Positions 31,687 through 39,917 of a stretch of DNA of 64,000 bases are shown here, one piece after another. The notes beneath the pieces were generated by a model that saw nothing but the letters and a program-made list of their open reading frames with translations, was not told the DNA's origin and ran no database searches. The stretch lies in the IMG/VR virus record IMGVR_UViG_3300018405_000012; one strand, given 5' to 3'. A program made the position numbers and the translations under genes. Position 1 is the stretch's first letter; each line of letters begins with the position of its first letter. The DNA is from an uncultured virus (IMG/VR IMGVR_UViG_3300018405_000012) (lineage: Duplodnaviria; Heunggongvirae; Uroviricota; Caudoviricetes).

Positions 31687-31980
31687 TTAGGCAGCTTGAA
31701 GCCGATAGGGCATCTTGGAGCAGCGCGCCAGCTTACTCGCCAGATACCCAGGGATGTCGTTAATCATACCCATAATGAGCGCAGCGCCCCAGAAGAGCTT
31801 GGAGCGTTGTTCCAGTGCTCGAATGGCGGTGTCATCAGGGGTTGTACGCCGCAAGGTCGCGAGCTCTTTATCGATGGAGTCGACTTGGACTTTGAGTTCG
31901 CCGGAGACCTTGGTCATTTGCTCCATGTGCTGGGAAATCCGACCTGAATGGCTCAGATCGTGTCTCGGCTCTGTTGTCAT
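31687..31980 (-). CDS. Hypothetical protein (possible paralog fragment)
   Basis: 97-aa helical ORF with GAGG SD. Confidence 0.4.
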   Translation of the reverse strand: MTTEPRHDLSHSGRISQHMEQMTKVSGELKVQVDSIDKELATLRRTTPDDTAIRALEQRSKLFWGAALIMGMINDIPGYLASKLARCSKMPYRLQAA

Positions 31981-31997
31981 GGGACATCCTCATAGGC

Positions 31998-32021
31998 GAG
32001 GAGTGTCTATAGACACTCCTC
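31998..32021. repeat. Perfect 24-bp palindrome
   Basis: GAGGAGTGTCTATAGACACTCCTC; intergenic. Confidence 0.8.
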
Positions 32022-32034
32022 TGGTGTGGATGGG

Positions 32035-32466
32035 TTAAACGACGAAGCGGCGGATGAAGTCCGACAGGTCACTGCGAAGCATGGAGCCGTATTTGCCGCC
32101 AATGGCTTCGAGGTGAAGCTTGTCCACCGAGGCTTCAAAGGCCGGGCGGGCGAGTTGGGCTGCGATGTCCTGGCTGGTGAGTAGGCGCGGCTCGAAGCAC
32201 AGCGTGTAACGGTTCTTGTACGCGTCGACGGTCATGTTGTACGTCACGTTGACAGAGAACGGATACAGTTCGTTGACTTCGGCGATCACGCGCTTGGCGT
32301 TCTCGGCATGGAACTGTTCGAAGTAACCGATCACTGAGTCGACTTTGGCATTGGGGAGTTCGAATTGGTAAGCCAGTTCGATGGCAAGGGCTGCCTCAAG
32401 GAAAGGCTTCTTCAGGGCGGCGTTGTCGACACACTCGAGGAGTTGGAGCAGGCGTTGGATTTTCAT
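32035..32466 (-). CDS. Conserved virion protein (phiKZ gp85-like)
   Basis: Directly follows the gp84-like gene; biased codon usage. Confidence 0.55.
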   Translation of the reverse strand: MKIQRLLQLLECVDNAALKKPFLEAALAIELAYQFELPNAKVDSVIGYFEQFHAENAKRVIAEVNELYPFSVNVTYNMTVDAYKNRYTLCFEPRLLTSQDIAAQLARPAFEASVDKLHLEAIGGKYGSMLRSDLSDFIRRFVV

Positions 32467-32469
32467 CAC

Positions 32470-33837
32470 TTATACCGTTTTGGTTTGGAGTTTGTTGGAG
32501 AGTTCAAAGAGCCGGTTGTTGACCAGATTCTCGAGCTTGAGTTGGAATTTCTGTTCGGTGTTCTTGCCTGTGAAGATTCTGTCTAGCCACGGACGAATCA
32601 TGTCAGGACCGAAGTCGGTAAGTTTGGTAAGGTCACCCAAGATCTTATCGATGTCGTCGATCTGACGAATGATGTCGGCACGCTGAACAGGTGTCAGGAA
32701 GTCCGCTTTCGAGGAAGCAATCAACTCCCGACGCATGGCTTCAAAGCGCTTGGGGATGGGGTCATAGATCCCTTCATCGAGTTGACCCCAGAAACGAGAG
32801 GCAACCTTGTAGACGCCGTAAGCCATCAGCGGAACTGCCACAACGAGCGAACCCACGACCGATGCAGTGGCGGCATATACCTTGACACCTGAACCCACAG
32901 CCACGATGCTCCTCCAACTGAGTGAGATAAACATCTTCATGTAACTGGTCAGTGACATCATGAGGTTGTCATAGCCACTGCGGTATTCGGGGGTGTACTT
33001 GGCATATGCGCGGTTCATTTTATCGAGTGCAGATACGATGAGCGATGCACCGCCGTGACGGGCCACGAACTGGTCGGCAGCAAATTCAAAGGTGCGAATG
33101 TCGTAGAACTTCGTCCCCAGTTCCGAGCGAATGCTGTCGATGGTCGAGGCCAGGACGATTTGCTGGATGACGACAGGGTCGGTTGACTGATCAACGGTCT
33201 TAAGATCCTTCAGGCGATAGCCCGTCTTCTTCTCGGCGACCTTAACCACCTCGACGATCTCGGAGGAGGGTGCGCCTTCTTGCTGCTTCTTGACAATCTC
33301 GGAGACCACGACGTTCGAGACGACCATCTTGCCCAGATACCGTAGGAAGTAAAACGCATGCCCGAATTCGTGCAGGGCGACGGCTGCCATTTCCTCAGGT
33401 GTCACATGCTGCATGTTGGGAAGGGTCAGGAACTCAGTGGCAAAGCAGACATCCATCGGCAGTTCGCCGAGAATCCCATTGACAGTGCCCTTGGCAAGGT
33501 TAATCTCACCTTTGAACAGTTCTTTTTCCGACACCGGACCTGAGAACGTCGAAAGACGCTCCACGACACGGTCTGGTTGCATGGCATGGGCTCCATCGGT
33601 GGAGGCACACATGACATAGGCATTAATGCCACCCATCTTGACGAAATGAAACTTGATCGTCATGCCGACAGTGCGCTTGACAATGCCGTTGATGGCCTGT
33701 TCGACCTTAATGAGGTTGTCTTTCGACGGGTCCTTTCGGGCAGTGGCAAACTGCAGGGCGAGTTCCTTGATAAAAATGGAATCTCGTTGGAAATCGATCG
33801 CTTCCATCGAGGCGATAAGTACTTTGTTCATGGTCAT
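32470..33837 (-). CDS. Head protein with zincin-like HExxH motif (phiKZ gp84-like)
   Basis: N-terminal ASMEAIDFQ; INAYV, EEMAAVALHEFGH and EFAADQFV form an M48-like metallopeptidase pattern. Confidence 0.7.
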   Translation of the reverse strand: MTMNKVLIASMEAIDFQRDSIFIKELALQFATARKDPSKDNLIKVEQAINGIVKRTVGMTIKFHFVKMGGINAYVMCASTDGAHAMQPDRVVERLSTFSGPVSEKELFKGEINLAKGTVNGILGELPMDVCFATEFLTLPNMQHVTPEEMAAVALHEFGHAFYFLRYLGKMVVSNVVVSEIVKKQQEGAPSSEIVEVVKVAEKKTGYRLKDLKTVDQSTDPVVIQQIVLASTIDSIRSELGTKFYDIRTFEFAADQFVARHGGASLIVSALDKMNRAYAKYTPEYRSGYDNLMMSLTSYMKMFISLSWRSIVAVGSGVKVYAATASVVGSLVVAVPLMAYGVYKVASRFWGQLDEGIYDPIPKRFEAMRRELIASSKADFLTPVQRADIIRQIDDIDKILGDLTKLTDFGPDMIRPWLDRIFTGKNTEQKFQLKLENLVNNRLFELSNKLQTKTV

Positions 33838-33961
33838 AGTCCGTTTGCGCGTCCGGGCGGTGAGTAACGATCATACCATTTAGCGTAAATTGTTACTCCA
33901 TCGTTATATCCATTTGCCTAGAGGACTTGAACCCTCCGATCCGTATAAGTAGGACTGACCC

Positions 33962-35725
33962 ATGACTACAGTAAGTAAAGCCCCTCTGTTCGATAAAGAG
34001 GAAGTACTCGGTCTCGAGTGCAAGCATGCTGTCTATACCCCCAGTGCCTTGAATGACACCGATGACCTGCTCACTGTAAAGGAACTGGTTCACCTGAAAG
34101 ATGGCCGCAAGATCCCTCGCCTGAGGTTCTACAAGAATCGTCTGCGGCCGTTTGGCATCACCAAGGAAATGTACCGCAACCACACCGACAAGAAAGAGGT
34201 CGAGTATCTGGATAAGTTGGTGCTTTGTGAAAGTACCCAGCGTGAGCTGAATCAACAGATTGTCCGTCGGCTCGGGTATGGTAATCCTAAGCAAAGTTTG
34301 CGCACCCTGTGCCGTAACCAGTACATCTACGGGGCCGATATCACCCCCGCAACGCTTATCAAGCAGCAGTACATGGATAAGTGGCCAGGTCTGTTCCATT
34401 CTAACCAGGTGGCTGTACTCGATACCGAGACCGACATGTGGAATGGTGACGGTAAGGATGTCATTATCTCGACCGTGACCTTCAAGAAGAAGGCGATTGT
34501 CACCATCCTCGATACCTGGATTGAAGGCATCCCCGATCCAATCAACACCATCCTCGAGGCTCTGGACAAGCATCTGGGTCATATCACTCGACCACGCGGC
34601 ATTGAGTTCGAGATCAAGATCCTGAAGTCGGGCGGTGAGATGGTCAAGACGTGCATCGATCGTTGTCACGAGTGGATGCCAGACTTTGTCAGTTTCTGGA
34701 ACATGGACTTCGACATGCCTGTCATGATCCGTGAACTGGAGCGGTCTGGGTATAACCTCGCCGATGTCTTCAGTGCTCCGGAAGTGCCACCTGAGTTTCG
34801 TTTCTTCCGCTACAAGCGCGGTCCCGACCAGAAGGTCAAAGCGGACGGTAAGTCTGAGAACCTGGCATGGTATGACCGTTGGCACGTGGTGGAGACACCC
34901 TCATCACACTTCTGGATCGACTCGGCGGCAGTGTACCGCAACATTCGACGCGCCAAGGGTAAGGAGCCTAGCTACGCGTTGGACAAGATCCTCAAGAAGA
35001 ACCTCGGTGAAGACTTCGGTAAGCTGTACTTCCCAACTGGTGATTCGACAGCCTCGCCAGGTAGTGCTGAATGGCACATGCAGATGCAAAAGCACTACAA
35101 AGTCAACTACGTGATCTATAACGTGTATGACTGCTTGGGTGTGGAGCTGCTGGATGAGAAGGTCACCGACCTCAACACCCAGATCGGGATTCTGTCGGGG
35201 AGTTCGGAGTACAACATCTTCAACTCCAACCCGAAGCGTAACGTCAATGCCTTCTACTTTGACATGCTCAAAGAAGGGATGATGGCTGGGACACTATCGG
35301 ATCAGATGATCACTGAGCTGGACAGTTTCCTGCTATCTATTGCCGATTGGATCGTTACGTTACCGACCCATGCCGTAGTCCCGAATGGCTCGTACATGAT
35401 CAAGGACTTGCCTTCGGTGAGGAGCTTCGTTAGACGGTACACCTCGGACGCTGACATTGGTTCGACATACCCGACCGGCGAAGTAATCATGAACCTCTCG
35501 AAGATGACCACGATGTACGAGGTGGGACGTATTGCTGGGGTTACAGCCAGCGACCAGCGGTTGGTGGGGATTAACTTGACAGGTGGGCCAGTGAACGCCA
35601 TTGAGATCATGACAGGGACGATGAAAGCCCCTGATCCGTGGCAACTGCTGGATGCGTTTGAGAAGGAACTGGCTGCCGGTGAGTCGCCTGTACAGAAAAC
35701 ACTTCGCCTAAGTTCGGTGCTCTAA
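33962..35725 (+). CDS. Split family B DNA polymerase subunit: 3'-5' exonuclease plus motif A (phiKZ gp82-like)
   Basis: ExoI VLDTETD, ExoII FWNMDFD, ExoIII YNVYD and motif A DIGSTYPT...MNLS; motifs B and C are absent. Confidence 0.85.
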   Translation: MTTVSKAPLFDKEEVLGLECKHAVYTPSALNDTDDLLTVKELVHLKDGRKIPRLRFYKNRLRPFGITKEMYRNHTDKKEVEYLDKLVLCESTQRELNQQIVRRLGYGNPKQSLRTLCRNQYIYGADITPATLIKQQYMDKWPGLFHSNQVAVLDTETDMWNGDGKDVIISTVTFKKKAIVTILDTWIEGIPDPINTILEALDKHLGHITRPRGIEFEIKILKSGGEMVKTCIDRCHEWMPDFVSFWNMDFDMPVMIRELERSGYNLADVFSAPEVPPEFRFFRYKRGPDQKVKADGKSENLAWYDRWHVVETPSSHFWIDSAAVYRNIRRAKGKEPSYALDKILKKNLGEDFGKLYFPTGDSTASPGSAEWHMQMQKHYKVNYVIYNVYDCLGVELLDEKVTDLNTQIGILSGSSEYNIFNSNPKRNVNAFYFDMLKEGMMAGTLSDQMITELDSFLLSIADWIVTLPTHAVVPNGSYMIKDLPSVRSFVRRYTSDADIGSTYPTGEVIMNLSKMTTMYEVGRIAGVTASDQRLVGINLTGGPVNAIEIMTGTMKAPDPWQLLDAFEKELAAGESPVQKTLRLSSVL

Positions 35726-35749
35726 CCAAAGAAAAAAAGAAGACGCTCA

Positions 35750-35790
35750 AGAGACTGACATCAGGCCGCAATAGCCTGATGTCAGTCTCT
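35750..35790. terminator. 17-bp stem hairpin between convergent genes
   Basis: AGAGACTGACATCAGGC-cgcaata-GCCTGATGTCAGTCTCT with an adjacent A-tract. Confidence 0.75.
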
Positions 35791-35825
35791 ATGCTGTCTC
35801 GGTTAGAGTGAGGTTGTATGACCCA

Positions 35826-36215
35826 TCACTGGATCAGACGGTGCGATGCAATCTCTGCGGGGGTGAGCCCCGTATAGAAATCTTCAAGGCTCCGTACATC
35901 CCCTACAAGCTCCCCCTTCTCATAGCGAGCCAGTATCCGTGCCATCGCCTGGATACGGGCCGGATGGCTTTTACTGAGCTTCTTTGCCACCTTGACGACG
36001 TCCTCATGACACCGTGCGTAGAAGTGCGGCTGCATGGGAGTCTCCAACTCAATGGTCAACTCGCAGTAGTGATCTTCATACGGCTCGAAGACGAAGTCCG
36101 AGTTCTTGAAGATGTAGAAACGAAAGTAATCGTGACTACCTACGATGACTACGCCATCCATAGTCACTTGGACCAGGTTGCCGTAATTGATGTCGTTTTT
36201 GATGATCGCGTTCAT
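35826..36215 (-). CDS. Hypothetical accessory protein
   Basis: 129 aa with TAAGGA SD. Confidence 0.6.
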   Translation of the reverse strand: MNAIIKNDINYGNLVQVTMDGVVIVGSHDYFRFYIFKNSDFVFEPYEDHYCELTIELETPMQPHFYARCHEDVVKVAKKLSKSHPARIQAMARILARYEKGELVGDVRSLEDFYTGLTPAEIASHRLIQ

Positions 36216-36236
36216 GGATGTTTCCTTATTGAGCCA

Positions 36237-36584
36237 TTACGGACAGATTGTTTTGAAAAGAACACCTTCACGATTAGATGTCGGCATCAGGTATGCTTGG
36301 CAACCATCAACGTCCTTATCGTTCCGATGAGTGGAGATGTAAGTAGCCAGGGTTAAAAAATCGACGTTAACTAAACCTGCCAGCAACGTCTTACCGGCTC
36401 CGAATTCAATCAATGTTTCACCGTCGCTATGCTCCTGCATTCTTATCTTTCGATATTCTGGCATAGCGGGCCAGTCAATACCGTCTAGAAATGATTCAGA
36501 GGAATTGAATTTCTTCACAATGGCCAGTAGCTTTAGTGCCGACATGTTTTTAGACTTTTGGCGAGGAGGCTGGGCAGTTGTCAT
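36237..36584 (-). CDS. Hypothetical accessory protein
   Basis: 115 aa, AT-rich, with TAAGGAG SD; first gene after the promoter cassette. Confidence 0.6.
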   Translation of the reverse strand: MTTAQPPRQKSKNMSALKLLAIVKKFNSSESFLDGIDWPAMPEYRKIRMQEHSDGETLIEFGAGKTLLAGLVNVDFLTLATYISTHRNDKDVDGCQAYLMPTSNREGVLFKTICP

Positions 36585-36619
36585 GTTGATCTCCTTAGAT
36601 CATGGGTAGGTTCACCGCT

Positions 36620-36649
36620 ATCATGTATGGTTGAAAAATATTGGAATCG
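36620..36649 (-). promoter_or_regulatory. Putative phage early promoter CGATT-N17-TACATGAT
   Basis: Repeated motif with fixed 17-nt spacing (see findings). Confidence 0.65.
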
Positions 36650-36670
36650 GAAAAGAAAAAAAAGACGACG

Positions 36671-36709
36671 GACATAGGAGAGCTTGGGCCACCCAGCTCT
36701 CCTTATGTC
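36671..36709. terminator. Hairpin terminator
   Basis: GACATAGGAGAGCT...AGCTCTCCTTATGTC with a U-tract downstream on the minus strand. Confidence 0.65.
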
Positions 36710-36725
36710 GATACAGGTCCCTAAG

Positions 36726-37118
36726 TTATACTGTCAATAGGTCGATATCTTTAACCGCTGCCGGTTTGGTCAGGACGATATGTTCCAGCGCATCAAAGCG
36801 CTGACTCTTGAGGAGGCAGGCGATCATGGACACGATGCGTTCATCTTCAGGGTGGCGGGCTACGAGATCCCATCCAAAGCGATGGACGATCTTCTCGATG
36901 ATCGAGTTGTGCTGGCGACTGATACTGTTGATCTCAACGCTGTTGACCATCTTCTTAAGGTCAGACTCGTGCTCATCCTGTTCGACGGATTTCAGTTTGA
37001 CGGCGCCCAATTCCAACACCGAGGCAAAAGAATCACCCAGACACATGAACTTTCCCAACAGTTCGTTGCTATCGAAAAGTGTCGAGTTCAGTACAGGATG
37101 AAGAAGGAAATACTGCAT
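36726..37118 (-). CDS. Hypothetical protein
   Basis: 130 aa with SD. Confidence 0.55.
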   Translation of the reverse strand: MQYFLLHPVLNSTLFDSNELLGKFMCLGDSFASVLELGAVKLKSVEQDEHESDLKKMVNSVEINSISRQHNSIIEKIVHRFGWDLVARHPEDERIVSMIACLLKSQRFDALEHIVLTKPAAVKDIDLLTV

Positions 37119-37262
37119 GGAAAGCCCCTTAGAATCGTTATGTCACGGGATCAGACGATCCCCCTTAGTGTTGCAAGACATGGATATTATTGATACGTAC
37201 TGTACCGTACGTTTAAGAGGTACATAGCCCCGCCGCTCGCAGAAGGAGACGGCGGGGGATTA

Positions 37263-37457
37263 TCAGGCTTTCAGGCAGATGAAATCCGGAAGTTCAAAAC
37301 CGTGTTTGATACACAGTCGCTTGATCTCTTCATCTGCTTTGCGGTAGCGCTCCATAATCTCATGTGTCCTCAGGCGGTTGGCCTCATTACACTGGAGTAG
37401 GGAGTGTTCACACAGTTGAGGTAGTCTAAGATCAGGCACCTTTACCGACTTAAGCAT
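37263..37457 (-). CDS. Hypothetical small protein
   Basis: 64 aa; overlaps the upstream stop. Confidence 0.5.
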   Translation of the reverse strand: MLKSVKVPDLRLPQLCEHSLLQCNEANRLRTHEIMERYRKADEEIKRLCIKHGFELPDFICLKA

Positions 37458-37983
37458 GGCTCGACCCTAAGGTCCTGCTCAACTGCTCCTTGGCCGAACG
37501 CAGACGGCGATCGAGGATGGTCAAGAGGCTGGCCATGATCATCGATTGTTCCATCAGCATGCGCCATTCGGCCTGTTCCAGCTTGGGGACGTGCTTGATC
37601 TTCTCACGGATGCTGTCATCCAGATCTTCGTCGTTGTTATGGTGAGCAGTCTGCAGGTCGATGAATGTTTTCAGCTTTTCCAGGCGGTCAGCCAGCTCGG
37701 CACGCTCGCCACTCAGGCGTAGCAGATGAGCCGGGACTTCAGTGGTGCCGAAATCGGTGTCCATCCCTACGTAGGCTTTGTCGAATACTTCTTTCGGCGA
37801 CCAGCTAATGTAGCCGACATGAGCCGGGTGGTTGACTTGTCCGCCGTCGGTGTATTCGACCAGGTAGCCTACATCGTCGGGGTTTTCATCGGTTGGTATT
37901 TCCCAACCACGGTAGCTGTTGTACTCGCCACGTGTCATGGGGCGAGCCTTGATGATCTTGGTGCCGATGAAATGATGCATCAT
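37450..37983 (-). CDS. Two-domain phage protein (GTK..A.PMT/YISWSPK domain plus crAss001_48-like helical hairpin)
   Basis: FIGTKIIKARPMTRGEY...GYLVEYTDG...YISWSPKEVFDKAY, then ERAELADRLEKLKTFI...EQSMIMASLLTILDRRL. Confidence 0.7.
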   Translation of the reverse strand: MMHHFIGTKIIKARPMTRGEYNSYRGWEIPTDENPDDVGYLVEYTDGGQVNHPAHVGYISWSPKEVFDKAYVGMDTDFGTTEVPAHLLRLSGERAELADRLEKLKTFIDLQTAHHNNDEDLDDSIREKIKHVPKLEQAEWRMLMEQSMIMASLLTILDRRLRSAKEQLSRTLGSSHA

Positions 37984-38222
37984 AGTGATGGATTCCTCTT
38001 CTGTAAATAGGCGGGGATGAAGGGCGTCGTGCCGATGTATCGACGGGGTGGATACGACGATAAAGAGCTAGATAAAGTCTCACCCCCTTCATCCCCTGTA
38101 GGGTTGAGTGTCAATCAACACTCGCACAAAATCATATTGATGCCCACTGAGGTAAAAAATTACTCCTCGTGCATTGGTTACATATGTCACAGACTGCAGA
38201 CTGCGCGCCGAATGGACTGTAG

Positions 38223-38690
38223 TTAAAGGGCTTGACCATGGGTGCCTTTCGGTTCTCCTAGACAGGCGATAAATTCGGTTTGGACAAAAGACATCAGAGC
38301 CATATACACGTAACGGATGTCATCTTCCCAATCAAGGCCGCCATTGCCACACCCTAAAGGAGGAAGTGCAATGGTCCCCAGTTCTCGGGTACGGTTTGAC
38401 ATGATGACCAGACGGTTAAGGTTATGGATGACCAGGTCACGGGGAGAGGGCTTCTTCCAGTCGGTCTTGGTGGGGATCAGCAGGTAGTTGGTTCCCTCAT
38501 GACGGTACAGGATAAACTGATCGGGACGGATCTGTGGGTACATCTTCTTGTAATGCATGTAAAGCCCTGGGATGGTGTCCCTTGCGGTTTTAGCAACACC
38601 CTTCCCCATTTTTCCTACAAGGTTGATAGTCACTACCTTGGTCGTTGCCTGGACCTTAAAAAGATCCTCCTGTAAAATCGTCAATGCCAT
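38223..38690 (-). CDS. Macrodomain protein (DarG/TARG1-like ADP-ribosyl hydrolase)
   Basis: EDLF, INLVGKMGKGVA, IPTKTDW and IALPPLGCGNGGLDW. Confidence 0.88.
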   Translation of the reverse strand: MALTILQEDLFKVQATTKVVTINLVGKMGKGVAKTARDTIPGLYMHYKKMYPQIRPDQFILYRHEGTNYLLIPTKTDWKKPSPRDLVIHNLNRLVIMSNRTRELGTIALPPLGCGNGGLDWEDDIRYVYMALMSFVQTEFIACLGEPKGTHGQAL

Positions 38691-38704
38691 GTAAAACTTT
38701 CTCC

Positions 38705-39331
38705 TTAACGGGGAACAGAAAGGTCTTTCAGTGGCGGTGGGAGATCCTTCAGCTCAAGGGTTTTGATGATCTTGCGCTTACTGCGGTAGTTGACCACATC
38801 TACCATCCCGCCCGAACAACTGTCATGTTCAATCATGGTGGACATGAGTTGGAGGGGTTTTATCTTAGGGAAGACCTTGAGTAGAGCTTCACCTATGTAT
38901 CCACCCGACCCCATGAACGACATTTCTCGCTTGGGGCTGATGGCCTGCCTGAGTACTCGGGACGAAGAGATTAGCAGCATGTAGGCACGTTCTTCAGTGA
39001 CCACGAACAATTGGCACGATGACACCGGGTCGTACTTATCGACTTTTCGGAAGTCCTCGATGATCTTCACAGGACAATGTCCCTGAAGAATGAGGTTCTT
39101 GTACTTATCACCGGCCTCTTTAGAGCCGCACGATGTGATGGCGAGAATGGGGCTGCCACCGTACAGGATCTTTTCTGACGGGATCGTGATCTTGCTGTCT
39201 TCACGGGTTTTGCTAGAGACGACAATGTTGGTGCCATCGCAGTCGTTACATTGAAGATGGTGGTTCTTTGCAATGCGACCGACCTGTCGTTCGGCGTAAA
39301 GGTGAGTGGGGGTTAGGATGATGGTCGTCAT
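38705..39331 (-). CDS. Ntn-hydrolase / HslV-proteasome beta-like peptidase
   Basis: N-terminal M-TTII, SKI, MGSGG and HDSCSGG; CxxC insertion. Confidence 0.65.
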   Translation of the reverse strand: MTTIILTPTHLYAERQVGRIAKNHHLQCNDCDGTNIVVSSKTREDSKITIPSEKILYGGSPILAITSCGSKEAGDKYKNLILQGHCPVKIIEDFRKVDKYDPVSSCQLFVVTEERAYMLLISSSRVLRQAISPKREMSFMGSGGYIGEALLKVFPKIKPLQLMSTMIEHDSCSGGMVDVVNYRSKRKIIKTLELKDLPPPLKDLSVPR

Positions 39332-39370
39332 GGGTGCAGTATCTCAAGTGGTTTACGGACATGTCGACTT

Positions 39371-39396
39371 GATAATGTAGGATTTCAATCCAATCG
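39371..39396 (-). promoter_or_regulatory. Putative early promoter variant (CGATT-N12-TACATTAT)
   Basis: Same core motif, upstream of the peptidase/macrodomain operon. Confidence 0.5.
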
Positions 39397-39434
39397 AATA
39401 GAAAGAGGGGCCTGAGCCCCTCCTCTATTCTGCA

Positions 39435-39917
39435 TCACTTGATTCCGACCTGATCCATCAACTGTCCTACGCTTGCATCCTCTTTCATCGAGATCGAATC
39501 GCTGCGCTTCAAGATAGCCTCTGCCCGGTCACGGGGGAGGGTCATGAAGGTAACAAAGTCGATGCCGGTGAATTTGAGGACGTTCGCTGCCAAGTAGCGT
39601 TCCAGGTACGTGTCAAACGGATCAACCGCCGACAGGTCTTCCGGCTCGTGCAAGGCTGCCAGTGCAAAAGGACTGCTCCCCTGACTGCTGTTCTCATAGA
39701 TGCCGAAGTATTCGTCGTAGCACTCCGTCACCACCAGATGCGCAGCCACACTGTCTAAAGTACCTTCAAACGTCGAAAGCTCCTTGTCCAGTGTGGAGAG
39801 AGTGTCTCTATCTAGCAACCGCTCGATGCCGAAGCCTCGGTCGGATACGTGCTGCCCATGGTGGAGACTCAGTCCGCCGCGCCTTCGACCTGGCTGATCT
39901 TGAACGCGGCTAGGGTG
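39435..39917 (-). CDS. -1 frame extension of 39869..41452 (GT-type tail assembly chaperone domain)
   Basis: Frame is open from 39935 with no ATG upstream of the annotated TTG, and is entered by the T_TTT_TTC slip. FTGIDFVTFMTLPRDRAEAIL resembles GT chaperone C-domains. Confidence 0.7.
   Translation of the reverse strand, partial: HPSRVQDQPGRRRGGLSLHHGQHVSDRGFGIERLLDRDTLSTLDKELSTFEGTLDSVAAHLVVTECYDEYFGIYENSSQGSSPFALAALHEPEDLSAVDPFDTYLERYLAANVLKFTGIDFVTFMTLPRDRAEAILKRSDSISMKEDASVGQLMDQVGIK

Noticed and set aside
38132..38239. 35-aa CxxCxxC micro-ORF overlapping the macrodomain stop
   Set aside because: Too short and without a recognisable family; cannot be supported from sequence alone.
39435..39818. 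Independent 127-aa gene starting at TTG
   Set aside because: No SD, and the frame extends upstream to a slippery site; better explained as a -1 extension.
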